A stretch of DNA of 62,716 nucleotides, the filler included, from Choristocarpus tenellus KU-1152 (taxonomy: Eukaryota; Protista; Phaeophyceae): the NCBI GenBank assembly GCA_964200185.2. It is 12 parts of 12 records of this genome, joined end to end, with 100 filler letters (N's around TTAATTAATTAA, not from the genome) between each part and the next. Parts side by side here need not be neighbours in the genome. Positions count along the whole stretch, not along the records: positions 1 to 6,413 come from CAXNAD020008191.1; positions 6,514 to 10,109 come from CAXNAD020019047.1; positions 10,210 to 14,520 come from CAXNAD020015175.1; 9 more parts are not named here. One strand, 5' to 3'. The notes under the pieces were generated by a model. It did not search any database. It worked only from the letters and a program-made list of their open reading frames with translations, and had not been told where the DNA came from. Numbering within the stretch: the stretch's first letter is position 1; each line of letters opens with the position of its first letter. This document shows, piece by piece, positions 1 through 13,099 of this stretch. The translations under genes were made by a program, and so were the position numbers.

Positions 1-259
1 TGGAATGCGCAATAAATAAATGAACACTAACAACCAGTGCAGTGCACCAATCAACAGTCAGTACAAGCTGGTAGATGTGTATCATATCAACAAGAAATAA
101 ATGAGTAGCCTATGTTTTAACACTCATTTCCATTAATCGGCGATGTTCAGTTGTCAGCATCCAATGAATAATTCACTTTAACCATGACGTTTGAGCCCCT
201 CACCCTCCCACACCATGCTCAAGTGCTAGTATTCTGAAGCGAAACCGAACTTATGAAAT

Positions 260-927
260 GACTTAAAGTATCTGGGGGGGTTGCGTCTGTCCATTTGGTG
301 CCCATTTTTCCATGTCGCGATTTTGGGTGATTTGGTTGCATGAGTCGGATGGACAATATAAGAGCACTTTTCCTAGTCAGGACCCGAATGGACACCCTAG
401 TTTAGACCCCACAAACAAAAAACAACAAAAAATAATCACTAACAATACCAACCCCAAAGACACACACCTCNNNNNNNNNNGAGCACTTTTCCTAGTCAGG
501 ACCCGAATGGACACCCTAGTTTAGACCCCCCCCCCCCACACACACACAGATATTTTGAATCAATTATCCCAAGCGACATTCTTCACTCTGGAAAATTGTT
601 TCTTCGACGTACTGACTATTATTACTTATATCTTATCACTTGTAATGTTATTGATTCCTTCTTCACATAGTCTAAGGGGTCTGAGACCCGTGGTCGAAGA
701 GTGGTCATAAAAAGGCAACATCACACCGACTGCTTGAGCAAAAAAGAGCCACAGTATCTAGGGGGAGGGGAAGAATCCACGTGAAGGTGTCCATTTGATT
801 TCAAAATGGGGAAAAGTGCATTTGCATTATCCATCCGACGTATGCAACCAAATCACCCAAAAATCGCGTTATGAAAAAATTGACCCCAAATGGACAGCTG
901 CCACTCCCCCCCCAGGCACTTTGAGCC
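260..927. mobile_element. Non-autonomous TIR element, family C (~100-bp imperfect terminal inverted repeats)
   Basis: 260-~357 (GACTTAAAGTATCTGGGGGGG...GTCCATTTGG...CGCGATTTTTGGGTGATTTGGTTGCAT...GTCGGATGGA) matches the reverse complement of ~826-927. Contains a 10-N scaffold gap at 471-480. Confidence 0.75.
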
Positions 928-1149
928 AAAACATTAAATAATGAAAAACTGGGGGAAAATAGAATAAAAACAGAGAAAGAATTTAGTACAGGTAGGAAGG
1001 GTAACGAAGAGAAACCCAGTTGTAATACACTGACACACAGTACTTGGGATAGGGCGTCTCAAGTTTTGACACACATTTGTCAGCTCCTAAGGAAAATGGG
1101 GGAAAGAAGAGAAGATGTGTTTTGGAATCACACCAGGTCCTTCCATTCC

Positions 1150-1975
1150 AAAAAACACCACTCATCACATGTCACATAATAGAAGGAGGGATGCCAGAAT
1201 CGCAGACCAAAAAAAGAGAGTGAGAAGAGCAGCTTTCAACATCCAGCAGACAGTGCTAAGTGCGTGTTTGTGCCTGATCTACTCAGGCTGCCTAAGCTAC
1301 TGCTTAAGCACGATGTATATCAACCATCACAGCTTTGTTGGAATAACACTCTGCCATGAAGCTCTCTCCGCCACCAACCACATACTCATTACCACGTGTG
1401 TGATCAGTGCATTCCGTTTGTGAGATCTGATGTAGGTGTAGGAGGACTTTGTGATGGTGAATGCAAAGCATCATATGTTGGATCAAGCGGAGTATCTGTG
1501 CCACACAACCATATAACCTCAAGAACTTCAACCTTGAGTATTCGAATCTTAGCTCTTGTAACTCACCTATCATAAAGCACTTACTTGGCTGCACTTGCAG
1601 AAGCAACCCCAGACGTTTTGACCCCATTACCTGATCTCAACGGTGATAAGAGCTTCGCCACTGATGGGTCTTGGAGGTAAACAAACTTCTCAGTCTGACC
1701 ATACTGCTGCCCAGCCCCCAGATCTGCAAACGTTTCTTGGGAAGTTGAGGGCACAGGGTGTTCGCCTTAAACTCAGTTGCGGTCACCCTGAATGACCTGG
1801 CCACCTTCATATGACTGCCATGATCCTGGCCAAGCCCCCCTAGCCCTTCGACACATTGCTATCATCATTATCAACATAAACTATACCCCATCGGAGCCCA
1901 TCAAGTGTTATCCCACCTGTTGCCCCTCCTCTGACCTGGTTGTTTTTCGCAGCTTCCTTAGCGACAACCAGTAGT
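1150..1975 (-). mobile_element. Decayed RTE-like LINE fragment (RT C-terminal part)
   Basis: Minus-strand frames give WGIVYVDNDDSNVS..GLARIMAVI (YADD region), FVYL.., LYGCV, HHHKVLL, with stops and frameshifts. Homologous to 3550-4320. Confidence 0.65.
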
Positions 1976-2699
1976 ATTAAGTTGACTGTCACCCACAAGG
2001 ATTATATCAGCTTCTCTTGATTGTAGTAAGAGCGGTATTTAATAGTTGTCCCAACTCCACATGAGATAGTAATCCATCCCCGACATCATGAACTACTCTA
2101 GTCGTACAACAAACAGTTCATTGTGTCCAACACATTGACTAACGTGTTGTCCGATGTACAATGTTGCAGAATAAAATATACAGAATTGGTTCTCTACACC
2201 TGGTGTTCTAAACTCATCGCTCTACTGTATTGCACACATTGGATAATGTAATACTCAACACAATGTTCCACCCACAGCACTGGAGACGAAAACATACATA
2301 GCACTATGTTATGCCTATAACACTCCAGTCCCAATACATTCCATAATACTATGTTATGGCCGAAAGACTCCAGTCAAAAACATAGATAACACTGTGTTAC
2401 GCACGTGTCACGACTGTCCAGAACATATTGGAGTACATAGCATGTGTTGTCATTTTAGCATAACGTACAATTTGTCATAACACAAAATGTTGCTAACTAC
2501 TACTTCAATATACGTAGAGCTTCATAACAATACGTTGTCGTGCAACATTTTTATTGGCTGAGCACTCTTCAAATTGTTGTGGTTGAACCGCGTTGTGTTG
2601 TGCCATACCATAACATTACAAGGATTCACTTTAGCACAGCAGGATGAGCTTGCAAAGACTTGCCTATTACGTGCTTGTTCCCGGGGAATTACACTTCCA

Positions 2700-3450
2700 C
2701 AGGTAGATGATGATACGCAGAATGGGCAACAGGGACATCATCACCCTCTCAAAACAAGTACTTTTGAAAATGCACTTACCTACTGTTGCAGCAGAAATCT
2801 CCGCAAGTACATGTTTCACCAGAAAAGAGCATACGTGATCATACGATCACATGTTGCACGACATGCATGTAGAATGATCATCCCCACCAATACACCAAAT
2901 TAGTAACGATTTACTATAAAGATTAAAGAAGGCCGTATATTCCCGAAAGTTTGGGATGACACGTCCTATGCAGGATGGAATTACCCACTTATTAAGCTGC
3001 ACAACCAGCACGTCTCCCTTGAGCACAATAATGTTACGGCATATTTCCAGATGCTCCATGTAACCGAACGGCTGCACATATCTGGCACATGGTGGGCTTC
3101 AGTATAGTCGAAAAGGAGACGCCACTGTGGGGTGTCCAGGAAGAGAGACCACATTGTGTCCGTTTTCATGCTCTCGTTGACCCTTGTCAACCTGTAAACA
3201 CAATTTTGTTCCATACCACATTATAAATCACATCACACATTACAGGATTGAGATATCCGTGCTGATCATTGATTTTGTGAATAAAAGTTAATGAAGTTGG
3301 CAGTAAGTATTGAACGCACTCTACTCCAAATCATACATAATACTATATTATACCCATAACATTCCAGACAATAGCTTGGCGTTATGCAAGTGCTATGTTG
3401 TCCAAGGTTTGCACTTATTGTACCCAGATGATTCAATACGATGAGGTGCA
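2700..3450 (-). mobile_element. Possible highly decayed Penelope-like RT remnant
   Basis: SLFLD..LLFDY motif and downstream spacing resemble the PLE RT C-terminus; very eroded. Confidence 0.3.
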
Positions 3451-3549
3451 ATGTCAAATGTGCATGCTGCTATCCTTTCTTAAGCGTTTTCCTTGTTCTT
3501 TGTTTACTCTCTTCAATGGAGTGATATGTACACGCATGGATTCCAAGGA

Positions 3550-4320
3550 AGCTACCTAGGCCTTCTGGGCAATCTATGACCCAGTATGGCAATCTATCTT
3601 TTTGATAGATTGGAGAAGGATGAGGGGACACAACAGGTTGGGTGACACCTCTCCTCCTCGCTCCGGTATTCATGGATTCTGCACCAATATAATAGACGGC
3701 TCGTAGTCATACCTACTTGTTTTTGATGAGTCCTATTCAAAGGCCCAACCCCTCTAACAAAGTATAATTTTCTACTTCTAATCTATTCAAACACATCACC
3801 ATTAATTCCTAACTGTAGTCATCTTCAGCCAGCATTGGAAGTCTGATTATGCATGGTGGTGGAGTGTCTATGTCACACAACCATATGACAGGACCTCAAG
3901 TGCTTTAGCCTTGAGCATTCGGAACTTTAGCTAAAGTAGCACACCTGTGGTTCTGTAATGCAACATTTAATTGTACTTCCTTGCAGAAGAAACCCAAGGC
4001 TCTGTAGACCTAACAACTAATGATCTCGATGGTGATGTCAGCGTCGCTGTTGATGGTGCCTAGAAGGTGAAACTGAATCGATAGGTCTACCTGCATTTCT
4101 GATCCAAACCCCAAACCTACCTTGTGTCTACTTCCCTGTTGGGAGGTTGAAGACATAATGTTTCTGTCTTAAGTTTGGAGATGGTGGACACAAAGACCCT
4201 AGCCACCTCGCAATTACTGTCATCATCGTCCTGACTAGACTCCCTTCTTGGGTCTTAGGCACAATACCTGTGTTGTCAGCAAGTGGTACACCTCACGGGT
4301 GTTGTTACCCGCTAAGTGCA
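3550..4320 (-). mobile_element. Decayed RTE-like LINE fragment, second copy
   Basis: LADNTGIVPKTQEGSLVRTMMTVI and WVIDC..GL..FLGI. Nucleotide similarity to 1497-1960 (CACACAACCATAT..ACCTCAAG..CCTTGAG.ATTCG..TTGCAGAAG..TGATCTC). Confidence 0.65.
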
Positions 4321-5800
4321 AATCAATGTTGAAGGAAATGTATGTTATATTTTTTCTTTGCCTACATTATTAATGATGTGATCGACAGAAATGTAAGAAA
4401 TTGTAGAAAACTGGAGAAAGAAGATAGTAGCCAAACAGTGACATAGATGTACACAACACATGAATGAATGGGGAACGAAATTTTATAGAATGAACCCCAA
4501 GGAGAGAGGTAGTGCAGTATTTGCGGAGAAAAATTAAAGGAATATGTTGTATGGTCTGACTCAGGTGTACTACCCAAGGATTGAAGCAACAACATAAACA
4601 AAAAGTAGGAGAATTTTCTTTTTGTTGATCTCTGGTTTTGTGATCCCATATATATATAGAAATAAACGACCAATTTCATCTATGTGGGATGCCCATTTCG
4701 ATGTCTTTAATTATCAAATGACAATAAGGTAGAGCTGGTTTGAGTCAGTGTTGTTGTAGCTTAGTGTTCAATGGAGACTATTCCCCACCCACATGAATCA
4801 TGACAGTTTGAACCCATCAACACTAGGCTTCTTTTCATGGGAAACCTTGGTTGACGATACAAAGTCCACGTGGTAACCACTACAGATTGCACGCCTGTAC
4901 TTCCCTACCTGTCAATACATCACAAAACGCTGAACAAAGAATGAGGAAGCAAGGCTTCATTGCCAAGTGACAACATGGCAGGTCTGGTAAACATTTGAAG
5001 GAGGATGGACGCAGAGCGACTAGAGTGGGATGGCTGAACCCAAGGAGCGAGAAGCAAGGCCCGAACATAGGCAGTATCATTACACAGTCTGGTCATACAA
5101 GTAGTACAACAAAATAGTTCATTTATAGCAGTAGTAAGTTTGAGAAGTATACAGTGGAGTAGTCTGTAATGCCTCTAACCACAGGTCGGAATATTCCCTG
5201 TGTTATGGGGTCTGGTTCTGTGTAATAGGGGGTGATGATAACCATCAGAGATGAGGTTCAGAAAGCAAATGAGAGATGAGACTGAGGCATGCTGGCGGTA
5301 TGTTGACACCGTTAGAGTGGCATGTGGATCAATTTCCCCTCTGATTGGTTGCGACCAGTCAGAACAGAAAACACAATCTCAACCTTCCTTGTTTGAATCC
5401 ACCTTTCATGTCGGGGTTACCGCGAGCCGGTCGTGCGTCTCACCCACACCATATCGCCTGGTTTGACCTGAATGGAAAAGGTGGCGCACGCAAATACGTA
5501 TGACTACGCGCATTGTCATAATCAATGTTGGAAAATCCCGAAAAGGGGACAGTTAGTGTAACTGACACGATATAATGAGAAAAAAAAATATATATATATT
5601 AGTACTTAACGATGACGATGGGAAGTTGATAATTTTTAACACGTATCAACTGTTCAACAAATATTAGTGCGAGTCTTCAAACATGAACGGAGGTAGTTGT
5701 GAAAGAGAGAGAGAGAGAGCGAGAGAGTACTGACAATATTTGAGACTGTCAAACACATGATGGATGGATGATCACTTCGTTCTAGACAAAAGGTACACAA

Positions 5801-5945
5801 TACAGTCGGTGTACCTATATAAGAGAGGGTAGGGGCAAGCAAAAAATCCCTCTCTTATATCCCGATCCTATCTTATTTTATGTAAGAGCGCTTTTATCTT
5901 AAACCGAGGGTTCACGATAAGAGAAACCTATTTTATATCGATCAA
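5801..5945. repeat. Possible Tc1/mariner-pogo-type MITE end
   Basis: TA-CAGT start at 5801; 13-bp inverted pair ATATAAGAGAGGG (5817-5829) / CCCTCTCTTATAT (5848-5860); ATAAGA motif recurs. No partner terminus found. Confidence 0.35.
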
Positions 5946-6413
5946 AAGTGCTTGTAGGCACTTTATACTTGTTCCCGAACGATGACAGAGTCACGCCCTT
6001 GCTGTATATGCTTCCCATGTGCCTTCAAGAGTAGTTACATGCAGATATGTATTGAACATTGCCCTTGGTGAGCACATTTCAATGGAGCTGTGGTGGTGCA
6101 GCAAGCACCACATCTACCCCACCCCCCTACAGAATTGTAGTGTCATATGTATGCAGTTCCGTAACATGGGTCTAAAATTACAATCATTACGATGTATTCA
6201 TTCACATGTATAGTACACCTTCCCAAGAAAAGTATCCGCAAGCCATTGGATGGCTGGACAGATGACTCGCAGTTCAAATCAAATCAAACTTTCAAAGCCA
6301 ATCTCCCTCCAATACCCTGCCCAACGTATTCAATTGCACTCTGTGCAAATTACCTTGGGAGGTAATGCTATTTGTTAGTAGTGAAGATAAGATGGTGTGA
6401 AGCCTCACACGAC

Positions 6414-6513
6414 NNNNNNNNNNNNNNNNNNNNNNNNNNNNNNNNNNNNNNNNNNNNTTAATTAATTAANNNNNNNNNNNNNNNNNNNNNNNNNNNNNNN
6501 NNNNNNNNNNNNN
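6414..6513. other. Artificial contig spacer (first of 11)
   Basis: 100-bp N-TTAATTAATTAA-N blocks (stops in all six frames) at 6414, 10110, 14521, 17460, 20729, 28074, 31451, 38265, 41746, 50578 and 54436. Confidence 0.98.
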
Positions 6514-7949
6514 GAGTTGGGCGAGAATTTTCTTATGGTGTTGTCGAGTGTGCGGGAGTTGGTTGGCAGGAGGGGGAGGGGGGAGGGGGGGATTTGGGGT
6601 TGCTTGAGTTTAAATGTGGCAATTGTCATGTTGGAGTGGTGACTGGGCTGTTGAGGTGTACTGTGGTGGTGCAGGCATGATGTAAGATGATGGGAAGGGG
6701 AACGTGATATGGTGGTGAGTGTAAGGGGTGACTGAGAAGGGACATGCATGGATACAAAGAGATCAAATATGTGCATGAGGAAGGAGAATTAGAGAGGCAG
6801 TTGGTTTGGAATGGGAAGGGGCAACTCAAGGTTGTTTCTGTGTGTGCCTGCAAGATACTTGATGTGCAAGATCCTGGCTGTAGCTGTGTTGCATTCATTT
6901 GTGTTGTGGTATCTCTGCAAAGATTGAATGCATGCGGATGGAAGGGCACGGGAAGACAGTTGCTTGGGTGTTTGGCAAGCTTCACGGCAAGGAGGAGGCT
7001 TGGGCATTTTGTATGATACATGCTTTGAGTGAGAAGGCCTTGGTACGTTTTGGAAGTCTTTTATAGTGGAGCTGGTTAGTATGAGCATTTCTTGGGAGTA
7101 CATACTAGTGTAGTATTATTTGCAGTGCACACATGCCTTTGTGTACAGAGGTAGCATTGTTTTTTTGAAGATTTATGTTTGCATGTATTCGATGGCCCTG
7201 AAGTGCAGATCGTTGTCAGTTCATGGTTGCTGTGTTGAGATATTGGTATTGCCAAATGGTAGGTACAATTACTTCTTGTATTGCATCGTAGAGGCTGTGG
7301 TTGTCGGTGAGAGAATTGAAGGGTGATTTCTGAGGGTGGATGGATGTGTCTCAGGCCCAAGATGAATTGATGTCCATGAGAATGTTTTCTCACTGGGTGT
7401 GAAGTTGTCTAATTCACTCTTTGCCTGTTTTTGCTCTTCTTCTTCTTCATAGCATTCAGCATTTGGGACTTTATTGTGCCCAAGAAGGGATGCTTCAGTA
7501 TTGAAAAAATGGGTAGCACTAGTTGTGGTATGAATACAATGATACAATGGGCAGCATACAGGTCCTTATTTATTGACTTGGTGCGAGAAGAGGTGAGAGA
7601 GAACCAAGGTATCAAATATGTAGAGGGTGGTTTTGAGGAAGATAACATATTTGGGAGGAGCTGGGGAATGAGACGTCAGTTCATTCTTACAAGTACGCAG
7701 TTCATTCTTACAAGTGCGTACACAGAGTTTGATTTTTTTTGTTTGAAAGTCCACCAATCTGATCTGGGTGTTTTGACCAAGCTAACATGCCGCATGACTT
7801 AAACTTTATAGAGGGATGAGAAAATGGAGCAATGATACGTAAGTAGTAACTACTTAGTATAGTAAATAGTGCAGAACTCAATAACGTGTAGTCACTTACA
7901 ATACACCTCGAATAAAAGTAGTCATAGCAACCCTACTATATCAAGGAAA

Positions 7950-9100
7950 TTAATTGTTCCATGAAACGAATTTGACTTTTGCACACAGGATACCTGGTGT
8001 ACTACGAAAAAATAGGTTGCGACCATGATTAGGGCTGTAGATTGATGGAGTTCAGGGGCTGATATGCGTTGTCTGTGTTGGCGGCATTCTTGAGGAAAGA
8101 CCAGAACTGCTAAAAACTGCAACAAGATATTGGGATGATATTTTGGCCTTGGTACAACAGTGAGCTTCGAGGCAGATGTATGTAGGATATCATCTTGGAG
8201 GGAGGGATATATTCTAAGGAGAAACTTGATCGACCTTTGCTGAAAATCACAATATTGTCGTTCAACAAGGATATGCTACGCCACCTCCATAAAAATACAA
8301 GAACCTTCCTTGTATTCAACCATATGAATAGGGATCAACCAGGTGCTGGACAAGCTTAATGATCAATTTACTTCCATATATGTGAACAGCCTGTCACGTG
8401 ATCACTACTTTCCCTTAAGGATGCAGTGAGTGTTGTGAGATGTCCCCTGACGGTTAGTTGACCCTGTTTCGGCACGGAACAGGGATTTGCAGGCAGCAAC
8501 ATTTGACAAGTTGCTCTACCTTTGAACAACTATGCGGGCAAGTAGAATTGGTAACCAACAACCAATCAAGTGACACCTCAAGCATGGTCAATTCGAATAA
8601 AGTCTTCAGCACAAGAAATGCGCGTGCAAGGTAGTAAGCAATCGATTCCTTATTGAAAACAGACTGTGCTGCGCCTTTTAAATGGCTGCTATCCACCAAG
8701 CGCCGAGAGTTCCAACACATTACCAAACAGGAAATCAACGTGTATATTTTCCACCTCAACCAAAGAACCATTCGACAAATAAAACATCTACAAAGTTGAA
8801 CATAAATGCATATTCGAACTACTTTCTGGACTACTCATCCTGTATCAGGCCTCTACCACATGTTCTCATCAATGATCTGAAAGCCTCTTCAAATACATCA
8901 ACCGAGCTGCTTATCAACCCTGTCAAATGTCAGGTTTAATCGACCCCTTGGTTTAAACTGTTTCCATCGAACATGGATCAGTGCAAAAATATAGCAGTCG
9001 ATAAGAAGGTCAAGTGCATTCTTAATGGTGATACAATACTAAATGGATTTGGGGTGAGATAAGGGTTATTTTCAGACATAAGAAGTGAGCGAAGTTCATC
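7950..9100 (-). mobile_element. Highly decayed Gypsy-like pol (RT) remnant
   Basis: LLNDNIVIFSK resembles YLDDIVIFS, followed by a KC..F...INFL-like motif; many stops. Confidence 0.4.
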
Positions 9101-10209
9101 CCTCAAAGGTTGACGGGTTTGTAAATATTTCGAGTGTAAGGATCAATAAATATTTGGAATTGAGTGTAATCTCCTAAGAACATTAGCAGTCCTGGCATCC
9201 TCAAGGAGGTCTTAGTTTCCGCACGGAGGGTGAATCAACTGAGATATGAAACAACACCTCCCAATGTCCGTTTGGAAGCTCAAACACAGTAGCAGAAAAG
9301 AAGAAACATAAAAATTGATTTTATTGATCTTTACTGCAACCTTGACCCTTCAACATGTTATCTATTCTGGTTGTCTCAGCTACTGTGTTCCGAATTATGT
9401 CAGGGAGAAACCCTAACATACACGTTAGCAATACTATGCAACTCCTGACGAAGTTATACAGAAGATGCCACAATAAATCAATGTGTGCGGTGAGATAATA
9501 CCTGTCCATTCGAAGCCCTGTTTTTCTAAGTTTTTATTTTTTTTATTTTGGTGAACTCGAACGTTAGTTCTAGGTGCAATTGTTTTTATTTGGATGTACC
9601 TTTCTTTCTATGTTCCCCTTCAACTTTGAAAAGTCACTATGCGTTGTCAGAAAAAGTACAAAATTAAGGTAGAGTGCGCAAAATGAAATATATTTACGGT
9701 ATTTTGTCTAAACAGCGATAAGAAAATCCGCTACGAAAATCAGATTGTGTGAATCGTGTGATTCTGTGGCGGCGCGGTTCGCTCAGGTAAGTAAGGGTGG
9801 CGAAGAGAATCGCCTGCTGAGACAGACCAGACGGACAAAGACGAACCGTAACCGAGGGTACGAGGTTACGGTTGGACAAGTGAAAAACGAGGAGTCATGA
9901 GCATCTTCAGAGATGGGGTTTCACCACCACAAGTCAAGACGTGAGAACAAAGTGAATCTTCCATGTGTGTGACAACTCTGAATGACGAGCTGTCCCAAGT
10001 GTGTGGGATTGGTCTCGCGAAGAGATTCATTGGTTTCATTCTGACGGAATGTTCGCCAGTGGAATCATGGATGCTTGACAAGGAATCTCAATCGGTACAT
10101 TGGTATAACNNNNNNNNNNNNNNNNNNNNNNNNNNNNNNNNNNNNNNNNNNNNTTAATTAATTAANNNNNNNNNNNNNNNNNNNNNNNNNNNNNNNNNNN
10201 NNNNNNNNN

Positions 10210-10719
10210 GAGTCAAAGTAAATGAGAGTTACCCAGGTTTTGTTTGGCTGCTTTGCAGGTTACGTCATTTTTTTTTTTTGTGCGATTCACCCGTATATAT
10301 ATATCTATATGGACAAAGCACTTAAAAAAAAGAAAGATTTGAGAGTGTTGATTTATCGGCTGTTTGAAAGGTTATATATTGACAGAGTTCAGAAAATTCC
10401 CTACATGCATTTGTACAAAATGTCGAAATTTGTACAAAATGTCGAAATTTGTACAAAATGACGAAAATTGTACAAAATGACGAAATTTGTACAAAATGAC
10501 GAAATTTATACAAAATGTCGAAATTGGTACAAAATGTCGAAATTTGTACAAAATGACGAAATTTATACAAAATGACGAAATTTGTACAAAATGACGAAAT
10601 TTGCACAAAATGACGAAATTTATACAAAATGTTGAAATTTGTACAAAATGACGAAATTTATACACATTTGTCAGTGTCCTTAAAATACAACTCTGGGGAC
10701 TTCTTGCATCGTTTGACTC
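10210..10719. mobile_element. MITE family B (B1) copy containing an internal minisatellite
   Basis: GAGTCAAAGTAAATGAGAG...TTTGACTC termini; body is the reverse complement of the 12776/34564 copies. Confidence 0.8.
10411..10665. repeat. 19-bp tandem repeat, 13 full units plus a partial one (TTGTACAAAATGWCGAAAT)
   Basis: Units start at 10411, 10430, 10449 ... 10639, with no spacers. Confidence 0.95.
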
Positions 10720-11879
10720 ACAGAGGCTTGTATAAAACTAATGAGTGGAATGAGGGAGTAGATTGCTACCATTAGTTGCATTGGGCATGAACTGATATTT
10801 TATTGACTTGACAAAGGATTCAAATGTTCTCACTTTTAGGTACCTGTCGGTGGTGATGGCGGTTGCATTGAGCTGTGTGAAACACAGTGTTGAAGTGATC
10901 AGGGTTAGGGATAGTTTGGTGTACAGGGTGGCATGGTGTTGGGAAATCCGTATAGAGTAACTGGCCACACCCTTCTACCGTCAATGGTTCATTTGCACAG
11001 CAGGGATACTGTCTTGACAACTTTTTTTTCATAGCTGCAATCACCGAAAATGACCGTTCTACTTGCATGCCACTGCTACTACAAACAACCCTTGACTGAT
11101 TCCCTTGAAACATGCTCCCTCCATAGTATATTCCAAGCACTTGTGCAGAGCTTGCGCGTGGTGTCAAAGCCCCCTGACACCCTCTTTCCTCACCAAGCAG
11201 TCGAAATCTTTTTCTGACGCTACAGATGGAAGCTCCTTCCACAGGTCCCAGCCCTTGCTCGCATGCATTCCTTTGCAAGAAAAATTGGATAATTTTGGGA
11301 ATTAAGGTAGGGAGTAACACAGGGGATAAGTGCCATCCATCACTCGTTGAGAGAGGAATAAACAGGAAAGGCGGTGTAGATTGGTTAGATGCTAAGGACA
11401 GGAGATGCTACATTGAGCCAACCATGGAAGGACTGTCTGTCGCCAACTGGCTGTGTTGTCAGCTTTTACTTCAAGTTACCTGTATGGAGGTGTATATTCG
11501 TGGTGTATGGTGCTCTTCGAGACTACTTGGATAAATGATTGTAAGAGTCGCTTAGTACAAGGGTTGGAGAGGGTCTAGGTATTGTCCATTGTTCGGTAAG
11601 GAGCAGTTGCTTGCGTAGGGTCTTTGAGGGCCCTGTGAAACTTACGTGCAATCGAGAACATTAGACATTCACAATTGGAAGACTATCGCTATCTCCCATA
11701 TTGCTCTGCTTTTCCTCTCAGGCAGTTTTTGGGGTCTTGAATTCAGCTTGTGTGGTTGGGCACAGAAGTGTATACTTGTCCAACTATCCTTAAGTTACTG
11801 TACAGCACTACTATACTGGCCACTCTATGTTGGATACAGTGTTCAATTCTTGATGTACTTGGATTTGCAAACTATTTCC

Positions 11880-12147
11880 GAGTGAAAGTATCTTATTAAG
11901 AGAGGGTACGAGTTTTGCCCTGTTTGTCCATTTGTGGGGCTTGGCTTCCCTCGGGGTTTTTATGACATTTTCCTACTCGAAAATATATTTCGGAGTAGGT
12001 AAAATGTATTTGTTATGAAAATGTGTGTTTGGAACAAGGATACTGACACTTCCTAACAAACACGATAGCCAAAATTACATAATAATCGCCACATTGGATT
12101 TTGGCCCCCAAATGGACGCGACTCTACCCTCTGAGATACTTTGGCTC
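11880..12147. mobile_element. MITE family A copy
   Basis: GAGTGAAAGTATCTTA..AGAGGGTA ... TACCCTCTGAGATACTTTGGCTC; no clear TSD. Confidence 0.9.
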
Positions 12148-12419
12148 CTTAGTCCATGAGGAAACATGCCCACCCTCAGCATTCTGAGAAAATCAATTGA
12201 GTATTGTCCTATAGCTCAGAACCAACTGTGACTGCCTTGCCCTAGGTGGCAAATACAGTCAGGTATGTTTGTGTTACGTTTGTGTTATGTTGGAATATGG
12301 AATAAGATCCTGAAACATGCCATGAAAACCTTCCTACTATCAGTCTTCTACTCAATGTACTACAATGATATACCAAGGTTGCCATTTTTTCATCTCAGCT
12401 GGAGCATACACACGGTTGT

Positions 12420-12686
12420 GAGTCAAAGTATCTTAGAGGTTAGGGTAGAGGTGCGTCCGTTTGGGGCCAAAATCCAATGTTGCGATTTCGATGCAATGTT
12501 GACTATCGTATTTGTTGGGAAGTGTAAACATCCTTGTTCCAAACACACCTTTTCATAAGGTATACCTTTTAGTTACTCCGAAACACTTCGGAGTGTAGGT
12601 AAAATGTATTTTTTAAAACCCTTGGGAAGCCAAGCCCCAATTGGACAAACATGGCAAAACTCGTACCCTCCAAGATATTTTCACTC
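12420..12686. mobile_element. MITE family A copy (reverse orientation; TTAGGG within left TIR)
   Basis: GAGTCAAAGTATCTTAGAGGTTAGGGTAGAG ... GATATTTTCACTC; flanks TGT/CGT. Confidence 0.9.
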
Positions 12687-12775
12687 CGTACAAGCAATCA
12701 ATTTACTCTAAATTGGTTGTGTTTCCCCAGTCAGTATTGTAACAAGTTGGCAAGTGAAATTTGAGGCACCTGAGC

Positions 12776-13038
12776 GAGCCAAAGTAAGCGAGAGGTACCC
12801 AGGATTGCATTTTAAGGATGCTGGCTAATATGTGTAAAATTCAGCTCATTGTACACATGCTTATAGGTAAATGTTTGACTTCTGTTGAAGGTTTCCTAGA
12901 CAGCAGAGAAATCGACGCTCTCAAGGCAACCTGAAAACTTCTTGCAAAGAAATATGGGTGAAAATGCAGAGAGTGCAAAAAGTGGATTGAGATATGTAAC
13001 GGCCAAAACTTGAGTACCCCTCTTGCTTACTTTGGCTC
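12776..13038. mobile_element. MITE family B (B1) copy
   Basis: TIR GAGCCAAAGTAAGCGAGAGGTAC ... GTACCCCTCTTGCTTACTTTGGCTC. Confidence 0.85.
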
Positions 13039-13099
13039 AGTGGCTTCCCCCACTGGGTCACACAAATACGCAGAAGCTATATTAATCCTCCAACCCCCC

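Noticed and set aside
362-528. 48-bp direct repeat either side of a 10-N gap
   Set aside because: Typical unmerged scaffold overlap.
10411-10665. CRISPR-like array, and the repetitive ORFs 10322-10665
   Set aside because: Units are contiguous with no unique spacers, there are no cas genes, and the ORFs are a by-product of the 19-bp repeat.
6514-11530. Restriction-like-endonuclease LINE remnants at ~6560-7650 and ~10800-11530 (also ~39500-40600), and a Gypsy remnant at ~22000-24000
   Set aside because: Only faint motif echoes; too eroded to support a call without a search.
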